From: Bigelowiella natans CCMP2755
Taxonomy: Eukaryota; Protista; Cercozoa
NCBI GenBank assembly: GCA_000320545.1
Contig: ADNK01003352.1
Location: 1-36,140 of the forward strand
DNA length: 36,140 bases
Direction of reading: 5' to 3'
In this document: piece by piece, positions 20,209 through 31,909 of the stretch
Layout: each line of letters starts with the position of its first letter
Numbering within the stretch: position 1 is the first letter of the stretch
Notes under the pieces: model-generated
What the model saw: the letters and a program-made list of their open reading frames with translations, nothing else
Told to the model about the DNA's origin: nothing
The model's database searches: none
Position numbers and translations under genes: made by a program

Positions 20209-21326
20209 ATTTTCCTTCGCACACCACCACCCCCTTTGTTTCAGGCCCCTCTATTTCTGGACTTATTCCCTGAGCAGGTGAGTGTTGATGGTGGTGGTTA
20301 ATGGTTGCATACAATAAGGTCGATTGATCAAGGCATTATTGATATTACATATCGTTTCCATATTTGATTAAGAAGAAATAGCGGTTGGATGTTATTTATA
20401 TACTTCTGCAACAAATTATTTATTGGCACAAAGGCATGGCGGCATCATCATCATATAACTTCTTTCTTAAATTATTCACACTTCCAAATGTTTATTATTG
20501 CTTCATATATAGATTCAAGAAAGTGGTATTGATAATAGTTAAAGTAGTTGTTGTATCTTGTTGGTGGAATAATACTTAGGCGGTTTCATTTAGTGTTGAC
20601 AATGCGCTCATAATAGCCATGGCAGGAAGTGCCTCCACTTTGCTTGGAGGTCAAGAATTACGCACTGTGTATAGTAGTAGTAGTAGTAGTAGTAGTAGTA
20701 GAATTGCAAATAAGTAGTTTTTGTTTGTAGACTTACGTGTTTATGAGATAGGTATTTTCTGTTGTGTTTGTGGCAAACATATAATAGTAATCGTTATTTT
20801 CTGTTGTGTTTGTGGCAGCAACATATAATAGTAATCGTTATTTTCTGTTGTGTTTGTGGCAGCAACATATAATAGTAATCGTTATTTTCTGTTGTGTTTG
20901 TGGCAGCAACATATAATAGTAATCGTTATTTTCTGTTGTGTTTGTGGCAGCAACATATAATAGTAATCGTTATTTTCTGTTGTGTTTGTGGCAGCAACAT
21001 ATAATAGTAATCGTTGCTGCTGCTGTTGTATATACATACTACTACAAGACATCATTTTAATTCATTACACGCAAGTGAATAACACAACTTTGATAAAATG
21101 ATGATGGAACCAACCAATCAACTCTATCAGGAATTGCAGCAGACAAACTAGCAGCAGCTGCGTCACCTCCGTCAGCTTCATCATTAGCTTCTCGTTTGAA
21201 TATTCAAACCAACGCCACAAACAGTAGCTATAGCTCTCTTCCCTCTTCATCTTCTTTCCCTACGTTAAATGCTGCTCAGGTAGTAATATATGTGCTAATC
21301 TTGCATTAGGGGTAGGAATGTTATCA

Positions 21327-21379
<53 letters not shown>

Positions 21380-21793
21380 ATCTTGAGAATTAAGTAGTAG
21401 TAGAAGTAGTAGTAGCAGCCGGAGTAATAAGGGGGAGATAGAACACTTATTTTTCTTCTTTTATTCTCTACTACCAGTGCTACTTTATGGTCTTGATAAT
21501 GTGGACATCATCACCATCATCATCATCATCATCACAAAAAAATGCTGTTTCCATTTCAAGCAATATAATAATACTGCAACAATACACCATCATCATCGTA
21601 GTCTCGATTATTGGTACCCATCGTCGGCACACTGCTTGCTGCACCTCTTTGGGCACTCACCGTCTACGCTAACAGCTTTAATTCAGCATCATCGGGTTAG
21701 TTAGTTAGTTAGTTAGTTGTGAGCATTGCTGCATTATAGATGACGAGGATGATGAGGGATGGTGTAACATCTTGCTATCATCCATCCCCCATA

Positions 21794-21825
<32 letters not shown>

Positions 21826-21883
21826 TACTAGTCTACTACTCCTACTACGATCATCACAATGATGATTAACAACGTGAAGCAGC

Positions 21884-21917
<34 letters not shown>

Positions 21918-21997
21918 TGACAATGATGATTAACAACATGTATTAGTAGTTGGAGTAGTAGTTCTCAATTTGTTCTCCTCCTCTGTCTTTGAACGTT

Positions 21998-22044
<47 letters not shown>

Positions 22045-22362
22045 TCTCTCTCCTTCACTCTCCTTCTCTCTCTCTCTTGAACGTCCTCCTCCTCCTAGCT
22101 CTCTTGCTTGAGTATTTGGTAGCAGAATGCTGGTTTGGTCCCGCACAAGCTGCTCTGTAAGAATATGATCAATTAGGATCCTAGCCCAATATTATATTAC
22201 TTATAATTATAAATCATAATCAAATGCGGTTATCTGTTTAAAACTTATGCAAATGATAATTGATGACTAGTAGAAGAAAATAAACACACTCCGCACAGAG
22301 CAACGAACATTCTGATGTTAACATTTTCTTACACGCATTGTCTAAATATCCAGATTGTCTAG

Positions 22363-22411
<49 letters not shown>

Positions 22412-23256
22412 ATTTCTGTACTTCTCTACTATGTTGTAGCAATGTTAAAAAGTAAAAAATCCTCTGTCATTAGGTATGCAGCACTGCCAAATCCAAATCT
22501 AAGGGCTTCAACTCAGGTAGTATTTATTATTTCTTACAACAACAACAAGAGAAGAAGAAGAAGAAGAAGAAGACGTTAATTGGTCACAGCTGATGACGAT
22601 TGTGATTGTGAATACAATCTACTGTTCCGTGTTAGTTGGTTGATTATATGAGTGTCAATAAAATGGTTCATTATGAGTGTCAATAAAATCTACTGTTTCG
22701 TGTAAGAACTATATGTAAAATGATTATAATCAGTTAATTTCTATTACATCCCTTACTTTCTATCATTGATTAACGTTATCGTTGATGATAGAAATGCTTC
22801 TTAAAAACAAAAACATTAAATTGCTAATTAGGGGGTATTCTCATTGCTTACGGCAGTCGGAAACCTTGCTCCTGTTGCAGTCGGAGCTCTTATTTCAACT
22901 TCAGGTGATGACATCATTTAACGACGACGACGATAGTTATTTATTAGATTCTTGTGAGTAACAATGATAAGAGAGAGAGTGTTGTATAATGGTGAGGTGT
23001 ACTAATTGTCAAGATTTCGTATATATGAATGACTACAGGTGGTTATATGGAAAATACTTCCATTAAATTTGATGTTGTTATGAATAAAATGTGGACATTG
23101 CTTCAATTCTCAGGTTTATGGGGATTTTCGGCCAACACGCCTATCCGTGATGCTTTGTTATGGACGGTAACGCCCGCATATATTTTAAGTGCTGCTCTCT
23201 TTGCTTTAGCAGCTGCTGAGTTGGGGAGTACTGAAAAGAATTTGCTCAAGTCGTAG
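15314..23256 (+). CDS. Major facilitator superfamily transporter, Spinster-like (18 exons), with a long low-complexity N-terminal extension
   Basis: Exons: ?-15680, 15798-16606, 16913-16983, 17289-17351, 17575-17689, 17949-18023, 18171-18241, 18513-18691, 18970-19247, 19637-19684, 20245-20277, 20580-20649, 21131-21279, 21602-21695, 22099-22156, 22474-22516, 22832-22904, 23114-23256 (TAG), all phase-consistent. Motifs: FAGRIADSYNRGLVVSVAAVIWS (MFS motif A), SRSAMGLAQAVTTPSSYTLLAEITP, GIYLGGGLA, IGWRGA, VRFMAGF, GGIAADKL, AECWFGP. The start is uncertain: ATG 15314 is used here, but the frame is open from 14996. Confidence 0.9.
20751..21015. repeat. 44-bp minisatellite, 6 copies, in an MFS intron
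   Basis: Unit GTTATTTTCTGTTGTGTTTGTGGCAGCAACATATAATAGTAATC starts at 20751 (42 bp, lacks GC), 20793, 20837, 20881, 20925 and 20969. Copies 2-6 are identical, with no spacers. Confidence 0.97.
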
Positions 23257-23384
23257 TAACATCAGATTTGCTTGCTGATAGAAATCGATCATGTTGATCG
23301 TATGCAAATAATGCCTATCTGCTGCGTAGTAGAAATCTTGCTACATTCCTAAAACAAGTAGGATTCGAGTGACAAAAGAATGAA

Positions 23385-24560
23385 ACATGTATCACGTCGA
23401 TAGCGACGAATAACACGTCCCCCCAAGATCCAGCTAGCTATGCATGCATGTAACGCACAATGGTGACAATGTAGCATGCCACACTGGTGGTGTGACTACT
23501 GCGGCAAAAGTAGTCTGGAACATGCAAATAAATGCGGTCGACCTCTACGTTGGCCATGATGCATGATGGGTTCACACATCTCTCGATCTAGATGCATTGT
23601 GCATGCTAGCTAGCGTGCAATTGTTGCATGCCAAGACGTCAGATCTAGCTCATGCTTTGCATGCTAGCATGTGCCCAACTGCTTGCACGGTGTGTCAGAG
23701 TGCTACATCCATTGCTGTGGGACGTGCCACAATGTGCCATTTGTTAGCCCAACCGACGCGATGCGCCCTGCTAGACCATGAGCACATGTTTGAGCCAATG
23801 TGCCATGACAGCTACCAACAATGATGAATGTTAGACGCGCCGAGCGCATGCTGGCACATCTAGATGTGGCAGTTGCTGATCACGTGCCACCGCCAACACT
23901 GGAACACATGCGACGTGCGGCGATTGAGCAATGATGCTGCAACATGTCAGTAGCTGCAACACTGAGCATTTGTCCAGATGCATTGCTGCGGCTGTTCAAT
24001 TTGTGTGTGTGCTTGTTGCTGCACGACCCAATTTGGGACATCGCGCAGTTCAATTCGCTCCTGCAGCAAAAGTGTGAGTCGCGCATGCAACGTGAATGCA
24101 AGCAGAATCACCACATGTCGTCAGCAGCAGCAGGTTGATGAACAAAGCTAGAAAGCAACATGCATCTTGCATTGCACGCGCCTTTTGTGCATCTGCCCCC
24201 CCCCCCCCCCCCTCTCTCTCTCCGTCTAGCTAGTCCGTGTTTGTTCACTTGTGGCAGCTGCCCAGTCGGCAGTTGTTCTCAGCACGCTACTTTCAATGAA
24301 TGACGATGTCTCTCACCCATGCTAGCATGCTAGCATGCAGCGCGTGTCATTCTGGCAGTCAAGTGTTTGAGAGTGCGCTGGCTAGCTGGCTAGATGCACA
24401 CGACAGTCCACACAGCCGTGCACTGTGATGAATTAAATGTTTACTGCTAGCTTTACAATGCATGCACGTACGTGATAACACGTAGAAACGTAGTCTAGCA
24501 CAGTAGACACACGGGGGGCACACAAGTAGCTCAATGACATATTTCAGTGAATGCACTGCA
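23385..24560 (+). mobile_element. CATG/CTAG-rich decayed island 2 with an interrupted reading frame (putative retroelement or transposon relic)
   Basis: About 25 CATG and about 17 CTAG in about 1.15 kb by hand count. Frame 23461-24138 carries only TGA (7) and TAG (2) stops. Includes WWCDYCGKSSLEHANKC. Lies between the convergent MFS and CoaD genes. Confidence 0.55.
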
Positions 24561-24648
24561 AAATTATTAGACTTTGATATTTCCAACCTTGTGATCTTGA
24601 ATTAAAGCCGCGATTCTAATGATGCTGAATACAAATATGAACAGCTTC

Positions 24649-25833
24649 TTATTTATCTTTTTCTGTTTCCATAGCTCTTTGCCTCCTGATCTCTTCGACC
24701 TGGTACAGTAGAAGTACTTACGATGGATACATTAAGGCCGAAACACCAACGAAATTCTTACTTGGCTATTGTTCTACTATTTTAAATACGATTTCTCTAA
24801 ATACCTCTCGTAAGAAAGTTTTCATTTCCTCTTTTGTCATAGAGTGGGAAGAGTTCTTCGGATTATACCTGTTGAAGAATGGATTGCAGAAATTAAAAAA
24901 AAACCGTTCAATGACTATTTTTAACAAAGGTGCTCGGAAATAAACAATGGTATATTAATTAATACATTCGAGCTAGGTCCTCAGCACACTCTCTATCATC
25001 AACAAATCCTGTGGATAATTAAAATTTAAAACAATGCCACTTGATAATCATGATTATCATCATCATCGTCATCGTCTGATCACTACTATGAGTACCTTTC
25101 ACTTCGCGGTCAAAAGCACGAAGTAACCTCACCTTCGGACAAAAAATAACCCATCAAATATCGCAGCAGCATTATATTGCATAGAATAAACTAGGCAGCA
25201 ACCTTTGTGGAACTGATTTTTGAATAAGCTGGACTTGCTTGGAAGAACACGGTTCTCATTGGTGACTATTAGGAAATCAAGAGTAAATAGGATGTATATT
25301 AAAATGATTCAAAGAATCTTGGATGTGAATTGGTTGGTGGTCTCGAGATTATTGTCGTATCGCCCAATCAGCAGGTACTAAATTTCTCATGGATTCTTCT
25401 TCTTCTACTGAACAACGATTTGAATCGTCATTCACTGAAATACTACTCACGCAGCACTACCTGCAACGGGCCTAGTACAATTGGACCCAAAATGTTGAGA
25501 AAATTGAGGAATATTTCAGCAGGGCTAAGTCAGGTAAGGGGGGAGGACACACATAAAAATAATAATCATAACAATAATAATAATAATAGTAATTATCATC
25601 ATTATCATCATCATAAAAGTAATAGTAATGACTGTTGATCATTTCTAACATACGCTCGTTGGGCCCAGTGAGTATGAGCAGCAGAGAAATCATGAGAGAG
25701 ATGAGAATCATCAGTCAAAACCATAATACTATATAGCAATACAACTTCTACTACTTCTACTACAACATAGTTTACAACCCATCTTTCTTCCATGTTCGAT
25801 ATCCTCTAACCCTATTATGTAGTGGTGAGCCAA

Positions 25834-25874
<41 letters not shown>

Positions 25875-26081
25875 CAGCTAAATTATCAAAATGACGATGA
25901 TTACAACGATGATTACACAACGATGATGACACCTCGATAGATCACAAATAGACAAATCAGGTAGTTGAGGACTAACATGTGTTGCAAACATTACATCCTG
26001 TCACATGATCACAACGTAATTTTATGCTCATCGATTTCGATTCTTTTTCTTTCAGTCTACCTTCGATCATAGTCAAGAGTA

Positions 26082-26122
<41 letters not shown>

Positions 26123-27107
26123 CGTATATAAATATAATACATATATAAATCTTCCACATATTATTAATCTATCTATCTATCTATCTATCTGTTCTTTGCC
26201 CGATCAATCAGGAAAATATTTATATCTTCTTCTAATTTTAAGAGAGTTTTTAGTACATCACTGCGCCTTTCTCTTTTGCAAAACGCCATATATATCCAGG
26301 CACTATATCAACCTTCATATAATAAGAAGAGTAGAATAAGAGTCGTAATAATTATAATTCTATCGTATTGTCTCAAATAGTTTTGCTGTGATGACGGTGG
26401 CAGCCATACATGGTGTGATAACACAGCATTCTGCTTGATTGCTTTATGATGACGATGATGATGATGATGACCACACGCTCTACTACTACTTTTGTATTTT
26501 GTAAACCACCAAACGGGAATATAAACACATGAATGTTTACACCACCAATGTATTATTAATTATGATACTGTTGCCATCTGCTAGTGTTTGCTATTATCTT
26601 CTAATCTTCTACTACTGCTGTTACTACTTAATACAGTTACTACAACATCACAAATCTCTCTCACCTTAACTTGAGGCAATCCATTCTTTAGTAGCATCTA
26701 ATACCAACACAATTATTTTCATAGAGAGATCAAGAAGATAGCATTTTTCTTCGATGAGAATGGTAAAACTTCCATGTTTCTGCAACTAATTATCACCTAA
26801 TGAAAATAAGTCAACATATGCGAAAACTCAACATATTTCACCATCACTCAACGTTTTTTGCTACTTTTTTGAGCAATTTTGCGCGTTGCTCTGGGGAAAC
26901 CTAAAAGAAAAATGTTATCATCCCCGCATCCATCATCACTTAAAATATTGAAAGAAATGTTATCATCGTCGCATCCATCATCACTTAAAATATTGAAAGA
27001 AGGCTGTTGTAAATTAAAACATAAACTGTTCTGCAAAGTCTGGTACAGCATTTTTATTCCATTTTATCTAGAAAAGAGATCACTTAGCAGTGGGGCTCAC
27101 ACACACA

Positions 27108-27148
<41 letters not shown>

Positions 27149-27852
27149 CCACACATCCACACACATCCACACACATCCACACACATCCACACACATTCAC
27201 GCACCGGGTACTTCTTGCCTGGATTGTATCCAACGACAGCGTAAATTGTATCTGTAGTCATATTATACTAATTACGTTTGGTAAAACCAATTACCAATAT
27301 TAAGGCTTGGTATATGTAGTACTACCAAATCTATTCCGCATTGCTCTCAAAATAGCTATGTGGCCTGGAGAGATATGATGGAATGGTATAATCGTTGTAA
27401 GTATGCGCCTGGCATTAAGAAGAAGAAGAAGAAGAGATTCAATAACCAACTTACTACCATCATGAACTGGATTAAATGACCCCGCATAAACTCCAGCTCC
27501 TGATCGTGATACTAAGGCAGCAACAGCAGCAAGCAGTGTTTAGAAATATCGATTCGTACATAATAAAGACTTGTTGTAGTAGTTAGTAGTAATACTGCTA
27601 CCTACCTCTAGGATAAGGATACGGAATACAAAGTGGGAAAAACGTCAAGTAGCAGATATAGCCAATCGCCGCACAGCAGAATAATCCAATAGTTGCAGTT
27701 AACGTTGCTGATATTGAGCACAGCAGCCATAGATATTATTAATGTAATGTCGTCAACTATTCTCCTCTTAACAATCCATGTATCATGCTCACCATGTCAA
27801 TGATTATGAAGCACAACAAATATTTATCATTACCGCCGAGTGTAAGAACCAT
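24649..27852 (-). CDS. coaD: Phosphopantetheine adenylyltransferase, bacterial CoaD-type, with an N-terminal hydrophobic anchor (15 exons, 246 aa)
   Basis: Exons 27852-27834, 27707-27606, 27511-27458, 27364-27326, 27251-27205, 26900-26865, 26697-26665, 26312-26257, 25811-25779, 25524-25461, 25265-25203, 25132-25096, 25008-24966, 24868-24805, 24699-24649 (TAA) sum to 741 nt in frame. Product: GVYAGSFNPVHDGHIAILRAMRNRFDTIYAVVGYNPGKKYPVSPEQRAKLL...FAKEKGAVMVRGYRTWKKDG...TVFFQASPAYSKISSTKVR. This matches the CoaD GSFDP-x-x-x-GH, NPxKK, RGxR and ISS motifs in order. The first exon and start are less certain. Confidence 0.88.
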
Positions 27853-27977
27853 ATAATATCTCTGGCTGACGATGTTATCCGTCCTTTCAGTTGTAGTTGC
27901 TGCTGTGTGTGATATTATATCTCTTCTTGAGAACAGGAGAAAGGAGGAGGAGGGGAAGCCGGAAAGTAGGGCAGAAC

Positions 27978-28232
27978 AGATAGATTCCCCTGCTTTTTAA
28001 TCCCTGCGACAAGCAATTTATTCTTGTAATTGTACGTACGAGTGTTATGTACTCATAGAACGCAGACGGCAGTGAGGAATAGATAGATTCCCCTGCTTTT
28101 TAATCCCTGCGACAAGCAATTTATTCTTGTAATTGTACGAGTGTTATGTACTCATAGAACGCAGACGGCAGTAAGGAATAGATAGATTCCCTAGGATTCC
28201 CCTGCTTTTTAATATGTGCGACAAGCAATTTA
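27978..28232. repeat. About 100-bp direct repeat, 2.5 copies, between divergent coaD and polymerase genes
   Basis: Copies begin AGATAGATTCCCCTGCTTTTTAATCCCTGCGACAAGCAATTTA at 27978 (103 bp), 28081 (99 bp, lacks GTAC) and 28180 (partial, diverged). Confidence 0.93.
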
Positions 28233-28414
28233 TGCACGTTCTTATCTGCTTATCTGAGTACATCGGTACACGTGAATGCGGACGACGACGGCGACGACGA
28301 CGAGCACACTGTGAGAGGAGAGAGAGAGAGAGAGAGAGAGAGGAGGAGAGAGAGAGGAGGAGAGGAGGAGGTAGAGGAGGAGGAGAGAGAGGAGGGGAGA
28401 GAGGGAGAGAGAGA

Positions 28415-28455
<41 letters not shown>

Positions 28456-28686
28456 CTATTCGTGACCAGGATGTCATCATTGTTATTATCACCTCCTCCT
28501 CCTCCTCGATACTGATAACAATGTGAGGAAAGAAGCACTCACACATGATCCTCCTCCTCCTTCTCCTCCTTGTGAATGCCACCATTATAATCCAGAACTC
28601 CAGTAGTCATCACGTAGTACGACTGAACCAACAAATAACATCAAAACGATGCCAATGCTACCAACCTTGGCGACTCAATAGTTATT

Positions 28687-29180
28687 ATGCACAATGCAAA
28701 TCTCGTTTCTACTCCTTCTTCCGATGTGAAGCAGCATGAGAAGGAGGAGGAGGAGCGCATCGTATTTCACATCGATGTTGACTCTTTCTACGTGGAAGCG
28801 GAAAGATTAAGGCACCCAGAACTTAAATTTAAACCCGTTGCGGTAATAAGCTCTTTCATTTCTTAATATGTCGGTTAGCCATAAGATGAGAGACAATACG
28901 AAGAGTGGCAAAGTTGTGCATCGTCATCACTATGTCGTAGTAGAACATAGATGATGCAGCATTACCTCGGGTTAAAAGTTTTTCTATAGCAATGCTCATT
29001 CATACTACTCAATCATAGAATTGTGTTAGTGAGTAATAATTCTTGATATTGCTCTACAATTTCTTGTGGCTGTGGTAGTGGCTTACGCGAAGGGAGGAGG
29101 AGGGGGGGGGGGGGGGAAGAATAAGCTGCAGTAGCAGAGTAGTACTTTAATGTGTTTTTCATACTGAATTCCTTTTGTGT

Positions 29181-29224
<44 letters not shown>

Positions 29225-29226
29225 TC

Positions 29227-29261
<35 letters not shown>

Positions 29262-31058
29262 ATGTATTGACCCTCTCCCTCCCTCCCTCCCTCCCTCCCT
29301 CCCTCCCTCCCTCCCTCCCAGGTAAGACAGTTTAACAGCGGTGGTTTTGTCGCAGTTAGCTACGAAGCCCGTTCGAAAGGCATTAGGAAGGGAGACGGAG
29401 CGGGATCTGGAGGGCGAGAAGCAATTGTTTTCCTTCGTGATAAGATATCAGAAGCTGAAGCGCTACGCAAGTGCCCTGGTCTTGTTGTGTTGCCAATGGA
29501 TACAGGTTGTAGCTTGTTGTTGTTGTTGTTGTTGTCGTTGTGTTATTGTTGTAGCTGTAGTCATTTTAGCAATGGAGTTACAACTACGCAGGTGGTGTTT
29601 CGAAATGGTGATATGTCTGATGATACACTGATGACTTCCCATCCATCATCGCAATAATCACATCAAGAGGGCTTGTTACAAAATTACAGTTGGACAAAAA
29701 ATGTTTTGATGTCAAGATTGATTTCATGTGATCAGTCGTACGAGTCGACTACTTGTTCGTCCCTCAACTTAAAATCATCATTTACTACAAATACTCTTCT
29801 AATCTTTGAGCATGTTCATATTTGACTTATTAAATTATTTGCTACTGCGAATACTCTAGTCTATATCACCATGTTTTACATCATGCACACAAGCAAGGAA
29901 CCCATACTAGAAATGATTCATAATCATCGATGGATTATTTAAAATAATGTCAGCTTACTACCGCTTCGTCAGTCGTGAAATCTTAAAAATATTGACAAAA
30001 TGCGTTTCCTCCTGGCCGGACGCAACTATAGAAAAGGTCTAGTGATGAAAGTGATCTTCACGTGCATATCCTTAAAAATCATCATCATCATCATCATTAT
30101 CATCATCATCTTTGATATATTCTGATACGCCATCATCATCATCATCATAATAACTTTATCAGTCTTCGTATGATGATTACTATGTTGAAGCCACAACCAT
30201 TATCAAGGAGGAAGCAGGGGGTTATGCACATGTATTTTTTTAACATTATGTGGTAGTAGTAGTAGTTGTTGTTGTTGTTGTTGTTGTAGTAGTAGAAACA
30301 GTAGCGGTATGGGGTTAGGTGTAGTGGTTGAGAAGAGTAGCAGCTTGCAAAACTGCCTAGCAAAGTCTAAACTAAATGATTGCTCACGACATTGCCGTTA
30401 ACCAAATCGTACTTTCGGTATATTATTATTACTCCATGATGGATGTTGTAGAGCCTGGTGCTGCTGCTGCTTTACCTTTGGCCGCCACAAGGAAACCAAA
30501 TGGCACATACCGTATTCATTATATTCCAGATCACGGTAGTAGTAATAGTAGTAGTAGTAGTAGTAGTAGTAGCAGTAGTAGCAGTAGTAGTAGTATGGTG
30601 ATGGTGATGGTGATGGTGATGGTGATGGGGGTGCTGGTGCGTGGCTTCATTCGCCCCCTTTACCTAGCTACTTTTCCTTCTTCATAACAAAGTATACAAA
30701 GTATACTAGTTGTTGGTGTATGAATGCTGCTGTAGGTTCAAAAAGAGTAATCATGTAATAGTAGTAGTAGTAGAAGTAGTAGTAGTTTAGTAGTAATTAT
30801 AATTATGGGATTTTGTGTGTGGAAGGAAAATAATATAAGTAATGAGCATCATTCATCATTCACCTCACTAGTAAGTTAAGAAGATATTTTGCGGTGATAG
30901 GGATATGTTGATGATTCCCTCTATAGTTACTACTACTAATAATAATAATAATGATGATAATACTTGATTTAAGGCCGGTAACAACTCCTACTACTACTAA
31001 TAATAATAATAATGATGATAATACTTGATTTAGGGCCGGTAACAACTCCTACTACTAC

Positions 31059-31094
<36 letters not shown>

Positions 31095-31697
31095 TGATGA
31101 TACTTGATTTAGGGCCGGTAACAACTCCTACTCTCCTCGTAGGAGTTATGGGGGACCAGAATCATCACCACCACCACCAGCTAAGGCAAATGAAAAAAAG
31201 AGGAAAGAAGGTTAGAGGGAAAAGAGATGACAACAAGAGTTATCGTCGTCATCTTGGCACACGATTGATAGCAGACAGAGAGGAGGAGGAGAAGGCCACT
31301 TTTCCACATATCAATTCAGCAGGGCTACTACGTTATCGAAGAGCTGCTACTAGTAGTAGTAGTAGTAGTAGTAGTAGGCCTTGTAAGACTGGAGACGGGG
31401 CTGCTGCTGCTGCTGCTGCTGCTACTGCTACTGCTACTGCTACTACTACCAGCAAAAGACGACAAAGCAGCTCTCATAGCTCATCATCAGCAATGGTACC
31501 AGATAATGATAAATGTCGTAGTTCATCATCAGTAATGGTACCAGATAATGATAAATGGGCAACAGCGGCGCGTGTAGCACTGTGGCTCTTGGAAAAGGTA
31601 GAAGAAGGGGGAAAAGAAGAAGACGAGGAGGAGGAGGAGGAGGATGATGGTTTTTGAAATGAGTCAACTTTGCACACATGGTTCTGCTTGTTGTTGT

Positions 31698-31728
<31 letters not shown>

Positions 31729-31872
31729 GGTGAGTAGGTGGGTAGGTAGGTATGTAGGTAGTGGTGGAGATAGAGTTTGTTATCCCTCTCAATGGCTCTG
31801 TCATTGTGTGTGCGCCGTTAGTTTGTCTATTATTTTCTAGGAGAACCTTGCTCTCCTTTTCCGAAAAAATAA

Positions 31873-31909
<37 letters not shown>

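Noticed and set aside
20751-21015. Regularly spaced identical repeats suggestive of a CRISPR array
   Set aside because: The copies are contiguous with no unique spacers, lie in a spliceosomal intron, and have no cas genes nearby. It is a minisatellite.
23385-24560. LTRs, terminal inverted repeats or target-site duplications bounding island 2
   Set aside because: No convincing terminal repeats or duplications were seen, so the element class is left unassigned.
25661-26005. Extra candidate coaD exons (DVMFATHVSPQLPDL..., IMVLTDDSH...HWAQRA)
   Set aside because: They are phase-compatible but would insert long segments into the conserved KGA-VMVRGYR and KKDG-PAE regions. The shorter model fits CoaD better.
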